Below, piece by piece: positions 7,208 to 15,202 of a stretch of 15,202 nt of DNA (position 1 is its first letter; each line of letters opens with the position of its first letter). The translations under genes and the position numbers were made by a program. Where the stretch lies: positions 1 to 15,202 of the forward strand of contig CAWKAR010000004.1 in assembly GCA_963847625.1 (NCBI GenBank), read 5' to 3'. This DNA comes from a candidate division FCPU426 bacterium (GTDB taxonomy: Bacteria > Oederibacteriota > Muellerivitia > Muellerivitales > Muellerivitaceae). The notes under the pieces were generated by a model. The model worked only from the letters and a program-made list of their open reading frames with translations. It was not told where the DNA came from and made no database searches.

Positions 7208-7410
7208 GATGTTGATTTGGTGCAGTCCTCCGAATGGGTTTATATAAAGACTGCGCGAATCAACACTCCTTAAAGCCCTGGAAGGGCGAAGAGAATTACA
7301 GAATGTTGATTTGGTGCCACTTTCCAATTGTTATGATAAAGAAGTGGTGCGAATCAACACTTTTAAAGGCGTTCGAAGGACGCCGTGAATTGTAAAATGT
7401 TGATTTGGCA
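7162..7410 (+). repeat. Three direct repeats of the recR 3' end, 94-bp period, with unique spacers
   Basis: CGAATCAACAC...ATGTTGATTTGG starts at 7162, 7256 and 7350. Confidence 0.92.
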
Positions 7411-7444
7411 TTCGTAAGTTTTAAAGTTTATTGGATCTTGCTAT

Positions 7445-7894
7445 ATGGCTAAACAACAAGTCAACGTCGCTTTAATTTTCTTCTGTTTGATTCTCATCCC
7501 AATGCTTGCGGCAGGGGATGCACCACCATCGTCGGTTCCTTCTCCTCAATCCACTCCCACCCCCGCTTCCTCTAATAACCTAAAGAAACCTATTCCAGTC
7601 ATCCAAAAAAGCTCGGTTTTTAAAAAAGGAAAAGCTAAGACACGCCGCATCCAAACTTCTTACAGCATCGGCTCCAGCCTGGAGACCCCCTTTCACCTAA
7701 GGGACAAGGCCTATTACGACCGCCTGAACGCGGAACTCTCCCCGACTTTCTTGAACCAGCCCACGACCTTGACGGAAACGGAAAAGGTGATCAGCACCAT
7801 GTTGGGGACCGCTTCGACTTTATGCGCGGGAGCCGCCGCGGCCCAATGCCTGGGGCTTCTTCCCAGCGGAAATGATAAAAAAAAGAAGCAATGA
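7445..7894 (+). CDS. Hypothetical secreted or membrane protein
   Basis: 149-aa ORF with a signal-peptide-like N-terminus, a Pro/Ser/Thr-rich linker and a hydrophobic C-terminal helix with a basic tail. Confidence 0.6.
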   Translation: MAKQQVNVALIFFCLILIPMLAAGDAPPSSVPSPQSTPTPASSNNLKKPIPVIQKSSVFKKGKAKTRRIQTSYSIGSSLETPFHLRDKAYYDRLNAELSPTFLNQPTTLTETEKVISTMLGTASTLCAGAAAAQCLGLLPSGNDKKKKQ

Positions 7895-7907
7895 GACGAA
7901 TCAAGTA

Positions 7908-8840
7908 TTAGAAACCCCCGCCCGATACCTTCCCGTCCTTGACGAGGAATCTCTGTCCGAAATGCCCGATCACCCGGTCCTTCCAAAAATAGGCGTAAAA
8001 CCGGAGGTCCCAACAGGTCACCATGCAGCTCCCATCGGCCTGAGGCTCCTGGGACCACATGGGGACACGGGAGAACCAAAGAAAGTTCTTTCCCTTCGGG
8101 GATTCGAAAACGGCCTTCGTCTCGGGCGTCAATTCCGGGATTTTCCATTCCCTCCAATCCAAAGCCCCCCGGCTCCTTAAAAAATCAATCCTTCCCCCTC
8201 GCAAGATGAATTCCCGGCGGTTGAAGGCTTCCCATCGGAAGGGGGACAAGGGTTGGGGAAATGCCGCGCGCCACTGGGCGTCAGGCCGGTCCTGGACCGC
8301 CACATCGATCGCCCGGTAATGGTTGAAAGCCGTCAAAAGATGGTAAAGGGCCGCCCCCAGGATTCCCGCAGTGCAGATCAACGCGCGATGCCGTTTCACG
8401 AAAACACTCAACAGGATGGGAACCGCTAAAAGGGATATATACCAAACGTCCACGATGAACATGGTGTCCATGGCGAAACGGGTGCGGTCGGGCCAGAAAA
8501 GCATCGTCCCCCAGGACGTGCACCAGTCCAGGTAAAGATGGGAGAGGACCCCCAGGGCAGCCATGCCGAAAATCAGCTTGAAAGACGCCGAGTCTTGCCT
8601 TCGCCGCACGAAAAGCCAGGCCACCCAGGCGGCCAGCAGGCTCACGGGAATGAACCCCAGGAGGGAGTGGGTGAAACCCCGGTGTTCGGTCATGTACAGG
8701 TCCCGTCCCCCAAGGGCATAAATAATGTCGATATCCGGGGCGAGAGCCCCCAGGACGCAGGCCAGGACCAATCCCCTTTTGTTGGAGGGATGAGCCCGGC
8801 CCAGCAGGGTTCCGGCGAGGGTGTGGGCGATGGGGTCCAT
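7908..8840 (-). CDS. Inner-membrane metal-dependent hydrolase (YdjM-like family)
   Basis: Motifs MDPIAH, APDID, HRGFTHSL, SHLYLD and GTMLFWP with several hydrophobic helices. Start placed at the family-typical MDPxxH. Confidence 0.88.
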   Translation of the reverse strand: MDPIAHTLAGTLLGRAHPSNKRGLVLACVLGALAPDIDIIYALGGRDLYMTEHRGFTHSLLGFIPVSLLAAWVAWLFVRRRQDSASFKLIFGMAALGVLSHLYLDWCTSWGTMLFWPDRTRFAMDTMFIVDVWYISLLAVPILLSVFVKRHRALICTAGILGAALYHLLTAFNHYRAIDVAVQDRPDAQWRAAFPQPLSPFRWEAFNRREFILRGGRIDFLRSRGALDWREWKIPELTPETKAVFESPKGKNFLWFSRVPMWSQEPQADGSCMVTCWDLRFYAYFWKDRVIGHFGQRFLVKDGKVSGGGF

Positions 8841-8990
8841 GGAAAACCATTGTATCCAAAATCCACTTTCAACGCCGTTTTGCCGTTTCCTTTGTTTCTT
8901 CCCGGGTTCTTGTATGGGAAAGACCTTTTCCCTCATGAAGAACGTTTTTCAGGGCTAAAATGAATCCCATCTAATAAACAAGGAGCTTAA

Positions 8991-10025
8991 ATGAAGGTAC
9001 TTTTGATTGGTGGAACGGGACTTATTTCCACAGCCATCGTGAACCATCTGGTGGAACGGGGGGATGAGGTAACGGTCTATAACCGGGGGGTCACCCCCCG
9101 GCGCATCCCAAAATCCGTCAAGGAAATGAAGGGCAACCGCTGGGACTATCCCGCCTTCGAGAACCAGATGAAGGACGTGAAGGTTGACGCTGTGATCGAC
9201 ATGGTGGCCTTCGCGCCCGAAAACGCCGAGTCGGTCCTGCGGGCCTTCAAGGGCCGGGTAAAGCACATCGTGGTCTGCTCCACCGTCTGCGTGTACGGCG
9301 GGCCCATGACCAAGCTTCCCGCCGATGATAACGAGCCCCACCGGCCCGTCGGCGAGTATGGAAAGAACAAATCCAAGATCGAGTCCATCCTGCTGGCCGC
9401 CGACGGCAAGGACGGCCTTCATACCACGGCCATTCGTCCCTCCTATACGACCGGCAAGGGAGCCGAGTACCCGGGCCTCCTTTTTGACAACAGCCTTCCC
9501 AACCGATTGAAAGCGGGCCTTCCCGTCATCGTCATGGACGACGGCCGGGCCGCCTGGGCCGTGGCGCATATTTCCGACGTGGGCCGGGCCTTCGCGAACT
9601 CGCTCTTGAATCCCAAGGCCTACGGCCAGGCCTACCACGCCACCAGCGACGAGCACACCACTTGGGACGGGGTTTACAAGGCCATGGCCGACGCGGTGGG
9701 GGGGAAATTCAACCCCGTGCATATCCCCACCGACTGGCTTTACGAACAGGCCCCCCGCCGGAGCGTGGGAGTGAAGTTTATCTACCAATATCCCTCCATT
9801 TTCGACAACACGAAGGCCAAGCGGGACCTAGGGTTCAAAACCACCGTGCCGTTGGTGGAAACCTGGCGCCGCCAGTTCGCCTGGATGGAGGAAACGGGAA
9901 AAACAAAAAAAACGCAGGAGGAGAAGTTCGAGGATTTGATGATCGAGGCTTACCAGAAAGGCCGCAAGCCCGACCTTCCGGAGGGGATGGATTTTAATCC
10001 CTGGGGCAACCAAACCACGAACTAA
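8991..10025 (+). CDS. NAD-dependent epimerase/dehydratase (extended or atypical SDR)
   Basis: Rossmann motif LIGGTGLIS, STVCVYG, YxxxK (YGKNK), IRPS, HISD. SD AAGGAG upstream. Confidence 0.9.
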   Translation: MKVLLIGGTGLISTAIVNHLVERGDEVTVYNRGVTPRRIPKSVKEMKGNRWDYPAFENQMKDVKVDAVIDMVAFAPENAESVLRAFKGRVKHIVVCSTVCVYGGPMTKLPADDNEPHRPVGEYGKNKSKIESILLAADGKDGLHTTAIRPSYTTGKGAEYPGLLFDNSLPNRLKAGLPVIVMDDGRAAWAVAHISDVGRAFANSLLNPKAYGQAYHATSDEHTTWDGVYKAMADAVGGKFNPVHIPTDWLYEQAPRRSVGVKFIYQYPSIFDNTKAKRDLGFKTTVPLVETWRRQFAWMEETGKTKKTQEEKFEDLMIEAYQKGRKPDLPEGMDFNPWGNQTTN

Positions 10026-10105
10026 ACAGTTTGGTTTGTGCAGTTCACCTTGAAAGATTAATATCGAAACTGCGCAATAACATAACGACCTAAATTCCTG
10101 GAATC

Positions 10106-10133
10106 TTGACATTTCAAGGAGGTGCTTTAGACT
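10106..10133 (+). promoter_or_regulatory. Sigma70-type promoter for tRNA-Asn
   Basis: TTGACA (10106-10111), 16-nt spacer, TAGACT (10128-10133). Confidence 0.55.
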
Positions 10134-10227
10134 ATCTCTCCCCAAAGTGCTTTTAGCCTTTGGTTTTGCCGTTAATTCATAACTCAAAATTTAAAATTCA
10201 TAATTCCCGCGCCTTTTGCGGGCATCT

Positions 10228-10302
10228 TCCCCGGTAGCTCAATGGTGGAGCATCCGGCTGTTAACCGGAGGGTTGTTGGTTCGAGTCCAACCCGGGGAGC
10301 CA
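10228..10302 (+). tRNA. tRNA-Asn(GTT)
   Basis: TCCCCGG/CCGGGGA acceptor, anticodon loop CTGTTAA, GGTTCGAGTCC T-arm, G73 and CCA. Confidence 0.96.
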
Positions 10303-10310
10303 TTAAAATA

Positions 10311-10346
10311 AAAGGGTCACCCATTCTTTATGGGTGGCCCTTTTTT
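10311..10346 (+). terminator. Rho-independent terminator
   Basis: GGGTCACCCAT-TCTTT-ATGGGTGGCCC followed by T6, directly after tRNA-Asn. Confidence 0.8.
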
Positions 10347-10358
10347 AGTTTAGTCGTT

Positions 10359-10697
10359 TCCCCGGGTTGGACGAGAACCGTGGGAAAGTCTGAAAACGGG
10401 AGTTTTCAGGCCTTTCCACGGGGTACACAGGAGGCCCTTCCCCTGTGAGAGCGAAGCGAGGTTCGATGTCCAATCGGGTTAAAGGGGTATGGGGGATAGT
10501 TTGCCCCCCATGCTTTTCGAAGGGTACACAGGGGTACTTCCCTGTGAGCGCGAAGCGCACCCGGGTTGGACGAGAACCAGTGGGAAATTCAGAAGAACAA
10601 AGTGCTGGGGGTCCGGGAAAGAGGTTCCTTCCTTAGACAATTTTTAACGAATTATTTAGGGTATCATAGCGGTAATTTTCCCCTATGAACGCGTAAC
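10359..10697 (+). repeat. Cluster of three tRNA-linked hairpin units behind tRNA-Asn
   Basis: Inverted tRNA-Asn 3' copies CCCGGGTTGGACGAGAACC at ~10361 and ~10560, direct copy GGTTCGATGTCCAATCGGG at 10460-10478, GGGTA-hairpin cores at 10421, 10522 and ~10659. Confidence 0.85.
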
Positions 10698-10742
10698 ATT
10701 GATCGATTTCTACCCCAGGTCATCAGAAAACCGGAGGAAAAA

Positions 10743-12349
10743 ATGCTTTTAGTAAAAAAACTGAAATTCAATCTGGTTTCAAAATTCTTTTTTATTTTGG
10801 CGCTTCTCTTCCCGCTCGTTTCCTCCGCGAAGGACGTCCCCTTTGAAGTCCTCCCCTGGAACGGCTACAAGGCCGCCCTATCCTTGACCTACGACGACGG
10901 CGACCCCTGTCACCTGGACGTGGCCGTCCCGGAGATGGCCAAAAGGAAACTGCGCGGGACCTTTTACCTGATCGCGGGCAACCTGACCCGCGCCGACGAG
11001 TGGAAAAAAGCCGCCATCTTCGACCAGGAGATCGGGAACCACACCATGACCCACCGCCACGTGAGCGAACTGAAACCCGACGACGAGAAAGTCGAGGTGG
11101 TGGAAGCCAAGGACAAGCTGCAGCGCCTCTGCGGCGTCCCGGTGCTGACGCTGGCCTATCCCTTCGTGGAGATATCGCCTGGCCTGAAGAAATGGGTCGA
11201 GGCGGAAAATTTCGCCGCCCGGGGCGGGGGCGGCAACCCCTACCTCACGCCGGACATGGAACCCGACTGGTTCAACCTGCCCAGCCAAGCCACCATGACC
11301 GCCTTCGCCTACGAGACCTACAAGGACTGGGTAGACCAGGACCTTTCCGCGGGGGCCTGGACCGTGCTGATGATCCACGCCATCGAGCCCTCGAACTGGT
11401 ACCAACCCATCACCCAGGAAACCTACCTGAAATTCCTGGATTACCTGGTGGAAAAGAAGAAGGACCTCTGGACCGCGCCCTTCGGGGAAGTGTGCGCCTA
11501 TTGGCGGGCGCAAAAGACTTTGGAAAAAGCCGAGTCCCAAAAGGACGGGGACAAAACCACCCTGCGCTGGGAAAAGCCCGCCAACTTTCCCAAAGGGGTG
11601 GTGGTGAAGCTGAACATCCAGGGGGACGGCCTCCAGGTATCCCAAAAGGGTAAAGACCTGAAACCCGTCGCGAAGGATGTTTACGCTATTTCGTTCGACG
11701 CGGGCGAACTGACCCTCGTGAACGCCGCCTGGAAAACAATTATAGCCGGTCCCACCGCCACTCCCATCGAGGCCAAGCCTGCGGTCATCGACGCCAAGAC
11801 CATCGTCGCGGCCCCCTCGAAGGATGTCTTGAAATTGGATGATTTCGAGTCCGGCGCCCCGGCTTACGGCGCCTCCTGGTGGGAGGGTTGTGACGGAAAC
11901 GGGGTCACCAAGCTCTGCCGGTCCCCTTTTCAACTCTTGCGGGCGGTTCCCCCCAGTCTCCCGGCCACTGCGCCGGCATGAAAGGCCACATGGGCCCCAT
12001 GCAAGCGCCATGGCCTTGGGCACTGCTTTCCCTCAACCTGAGCGAAGGGGGCACTCCGGTGGACCTATCAGCTTACCAGTCCATCCGGTTCTATTCCCAA
12101 GGCGACGGGAAAACCCACGCTGTGGCCTTGAACAAGGCCGCCGTGTCCGACTATTGCGATTACCAGGCGGAATTCAGTTCCCCGGCCGATTGGACCCAGG
12201 TCACCCTTCCCTTTTCGGATTTCAAACAAGCCAATTGGGGCAAACAAGTGGAGAAAAAATTCAACGATGTGACGAAATTGACCTTTTCCCCCGGCGCCAG
12301 TGATTCGGATTTCGACTTCAAGATCGACGACCTGGAACTTCTGAAGTAA
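10743..12349 (+). CDS. Secreted polysaccharide deacetylase (NodB-like) with C-terminal CIA30/CBM11-like domain, one frameshift near 11916
   Basis: Signal peptide, LTYDDG, IGNHTMTH, AYPF, LMIH. The C-terminal domain (LDDFE...DLSAYQSIRFY..GDGK...WTQVTLPFSDF...IDDLEL) spans both ORFs. Adding one base at ~11916 joins GVTKL to PVPFSTLAGGSPQSPGHCAGMKG. Confidence 0.8.
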
Positions 12350-12508
12350 CGAAAATTAAACATCGGCTTTTTAGCGAGATACCCCCTCGCCGGTTTTTTA
12401 TTTGCCCCCTTCAAAACAAGAAAGACAATTTACAATGAATAATGAACAAAGATAAAAATAATCAGGAATTCTTAAGTCTAAAAGGCGTTAAGCAAAACCT
12501 AGTCCTTT

Positions 12509-12603
12509 GCCACGGATTCAGGGGATGCATTTAGATTGGCCAAAGAAAAAAGGCTTTAAATATTTATGTTTATTAAATCCCATGAATCCCATGCATCCGT
12601 GGC
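12509..12603. repeat. Small intergenic element with 9-bp-period inverted arms
   Basis: GCCACGGAT-TCAGGGGAT-GCAT on the left and AATCCCATG-AATCCCATG-CATCCGTGGC on the right, around an AT-rich core. Confidence 0.6.
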
Positions 12604-12630
12604 TAGATTTATTTTGGACAGGTGTGATTT

Positions 12631-13514
12631 TTAATTGTTTATTTGATGGTGTGGGCGCTGGGCGCCCGGATCGCCCGTTGGGGGCGGCGCGTGATCCTCT
12701 TTCGCGGGCGGGCCGAGCAATTCGGTGAGGATGGGCTTCAACGCGTCCGCCCAGGCTTGGTAGCCCTTGAGGGTGGGATGAATTTTGTCTTCGGGGTTCA
12801 TCATGCCGTCGAACAGTTTTCCTTTTGGGTCCGCCAACTTGCCGTTGATGTTGAGGTACCGGATTTTTTTGCCGTCGGCCATTTTGGATAACCGGTTGTT
12901 GATCCGTCGATCAAAGGCATCAATGCCATATTGTCGTTGCGGGGGAAAATCCCGGTCACGATCAGGGTGGCGCGAGGAGCCTTCTTTTCCATGACCCCCA
13001 GGATGGCCTGAAGGCCCCGGCTGATGTCTTCTATCCTTGCCTCCCTGCCGCCGGGGGCGGCGGCATCATCGACGTTGTTGGTTCCGGCGAGCAGGACGAT
13101 GACCTTCGGATGGACCCCATCCAATTCACCATGGTTGAGGCGCCAGAGGATGTTTTGGATGCTATCGGAGCCCCATCCAAAATCGGCCGCGTTCCAGCCG
13201 AAGAAGTTCCGGTTCCAATGGGCCAGCAAATCCGGGTAATCGGTGGCGCCCCAGCGGCGGACGATGGAATCGCCCTCGAAATAAACGTCGATGCCGCCTT
13301 TTTTCGCCTTCTCCAGCAACTGGGCGTGGGCGATCCGGGAATACCGATCGGTCCGGGGAACGGGAACGTCGGCCGGAATCCACGCGGGCGTCTTTTGCCC
13401 GAGCAACCGGGTGGCCGAAAAAACCGCCGCGAGGCAGGTGATGAGAAAGGCTGTCCACCCCAAACGCCTTTTAGCTTTCAAAACTCCCCCTTGAAGACAT
13501 GTTGATTTCGGCAA
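12631..13514 (-). CDS. SGNH/GDSL-family esterase, one frameshift near 12905
   Basis: Blocks EGDSI, FGWGSD and LAGTNN are in the 5' ORF and the catalytic DxxH (DKIHP) is in the 3' ORF. One missing base joins PLID to INNRLSKMADG. The start may be TTG at 13481. Confidence 0.82.
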
Positions 13515-13725
13515 AGACCAGCGGAAATATCATGGAACATCAGGTTGGCGAGCCCCTGGTTTCCTTGGGCAACAGCCCTTTCATCATTATAATTTGTAAT
13601 GAACTTAAATAGTGGCCCTGAAAGTCGTCTGCGATGAGGAGCTGGGTTTATTAGTAAAGAATGGCTTCTCGGCTTAACTCCTATTGGTTTTAAAGAGATA
13701 GCACCGCAAACTGAATGAGGATTTA

Positions 13726-14352
13726 ATGGAACCTTTCACCGCCCACGAAAAGGCAAACAGGGAAAAGTTCGACCGCTGGGCCGGCCATTTTGACCGATGG
13801 GGTTTTGCCTTCCGGTATTTCCAAAAAAGGGTCCTTTCCCGCTTGGCACCCCCGAAAGGCTCAGCCTTCCTGGATTTAGGCTGCGGAACCGGTTGGGCGG
13901 TTTGCCGTGTTGCCAGATTATTGGTGGGGCAGGGTTTTTTTGTCGGTGTCGACATTTCCGAAAAAATGATCGAAAAGGCCGAGGCGAACTCAAAAGGGCT
14001 CGCGAACGTCCACTTTCATGTGGCCAGCGTGGAGGCTCTTCCCTTTAAAAAATGAGACTTTTGACAACGTTATTTGCACTTTTTCATTCCACCATTACTT
14101 GAACCCCGGAAAGGCCCTCTCCGAGGCGCGCCGGGTTTTAAAACCCAAAGGAAAAATTTTCATCTCGACCCACTCCGGACGACTTTTCTCACGAAATGGA
14201 TCGACCGGTTGGGGGCTAAATACGATAAAGGGCATGTGAAGCAATACAGCACCGAAGAATTCGGGCAAATGTTTTCAGAAAAGGGTTTAAAACACATTGA
14301 GAGCAGGACCATTCTGGTGTATCCGGTAAAGTTGCATATCGCGGAAAAATGA
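13726..14352 (+). CDS. Class I SAM-dependent methyltransferase (UbiE-like fold), two compensating frameshifts
   Basis: FLDLGCGTG, GVDISEKMIEKA and VEALPF in the first frame. NETFDNVICTFSFHHY...RVLKPKG in a second frame after the A6 run at 14047-14052. The original frame resumes near 14165. Confidence 0.8.
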
Positions 14353-14565
14353 ATTAAGGGCTAAGAATAAATGGAAACCCGGGAAATCACGCGATGGTTC
14401 ATTCTAACCTGTGACCCACCGTTGGCCGGGATTGCCACGCTGCATGATTCGCTACTCGCAACGAATGATGTGGGTTAAAAAAGTCGGGGCGATTTGGCAT
14501 CTTTGCTCCATTCTTAAAAAGATTTATACTCGATGTTCTATCCATAATATGAATCGAGGTTCCAT

Positions 14566-15202
14566 ATGAAAAAATCCGCCCTTCTTTTATCCTTCCTGTT
14601 GTGCGGTTGCGCCACGACCACCTTCACCAGCCTGAGGAACCAGAACTCCCCGGCCCAGCCATGCCGGAAAATGCTCGTTTGGGCGGACGTGAAAAAGTAG
14701 AATACCGACGAATCATCGAGGATAAAATGTTCAACCTCTCAGGCTACGATGAATCTAAAACGCTCCAACTCAACCGGGTGATCCCAACCCAAAAGGAATT
14801 CCTTGAACCTAACGTGGTTAAAATTAATCGAATACATAGTTACCAGACCCAAAAGGGGTTCAACAAACATTTCGCCCTTCAAAGTTACCAGGTTTTCGAC
14901 CCGTCAATACCGCTCGATATAAAGGAGTTCAAACAGAAAATTAAAACATTGGGGTTCGATTCCATCCTAATCATCGGTTTCACACACCCTTTCCAGCCCA
15001 CCCGCGTCAATTTTTTCATGCCTAAAACCACGCGGCGTTTCGGCACTTCTTTCAATCCGAAATACCCCAAGCAAACGGGCTCTGAACACACTTCCCAGGA
15101 AAATTTCGGTATTCACGCAGAGCTTTACAACACCAGTAACTATGGCTTGGTTTGGGTCAGCGATTCAGACCACAAGGGGGACAAGACCATTTCAAATTTT
15201 GA
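14566..15202 (+). CDS. Putative lipoprotein, frameshift at the A5 run (14692-14696), runs off the window
   Basis: SD GAGGT, then MKKSALLLSFLLCG-C lipobox-like signal. In-frame TAG at 14698, but the shifted frame (KVEYRRIIEDKM...GFDSILII...ELYNTSNYGLVWVS) stays open to 15202. Confidence 0.6.

Noticed and set aside
7314..7341. dif/Xer site (TTATGATAAAG resembles the XerD arm TTATGTTAAAT)
   Set aside because: The XerC arm match is poor and the equivalent position in the other spacer matches worse.
7162..7410. CRISPR array
   Set aside because: The repeats are ~60 bp, encode the RecR C-terminus and diverge synonymously. No cas genes are in the window.
10878..12023. Long antisense ORFs (also 8955-9788, 4396-5088 and 5238-5930)
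   Set aside because: They mirror well-supported high-GC genes on the opposite strand and have no motifs of their own.
14428..14465. GGGATTGCCACGCT...CTCGCAACGA, reminiscent of a REP-like palindromic repeat half
   Set aside because: It is a single degenerate copy with no partner arm in the window.

Overview
Bacterial chromosomal window, GC-rich in coding regions with AT-rich intergenic DNA. Bases 1-2610 are the right end of an integrative element: a replication-relaxation-type protein, a large hairpin, an HTH excisionase and a tyrosine integrase, ending at a tRNA-Arg(ACG)-derived att site. A core block follows: tadA, tRNA-Ala(CGC), tRNA-Ser(GGA), SRP RNA, dnaX, ybaB/ebfC and recR. Accessory genes come next: a secreted hypothetical, a YdjM-like membrane hydrolase, an NAD-dependent epimerase, tRNA-Asn(GTT), a polysaccharide deacetylase, an SGNH esterase, a methyltransferase and a lipoprotein. 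The last four all carry single-base frameshifts, probably sequencing errors. The most unusual signals are non-coding. (1) A family of ~100-130 bp hairpin units with compensatory base changes lies behind three different tRNA loci; the complete units are bounded by an inverted and a direct copy of the local tRNA's T-arm. (2) A 94-bp-period triple repeat of the last 14 codons of recR has the same inverted-copy/direct-copy design and unique spacers. These may be footprints of a gene-3'-end-targeting, hairpin-based integration system. That is an inference and is untested.
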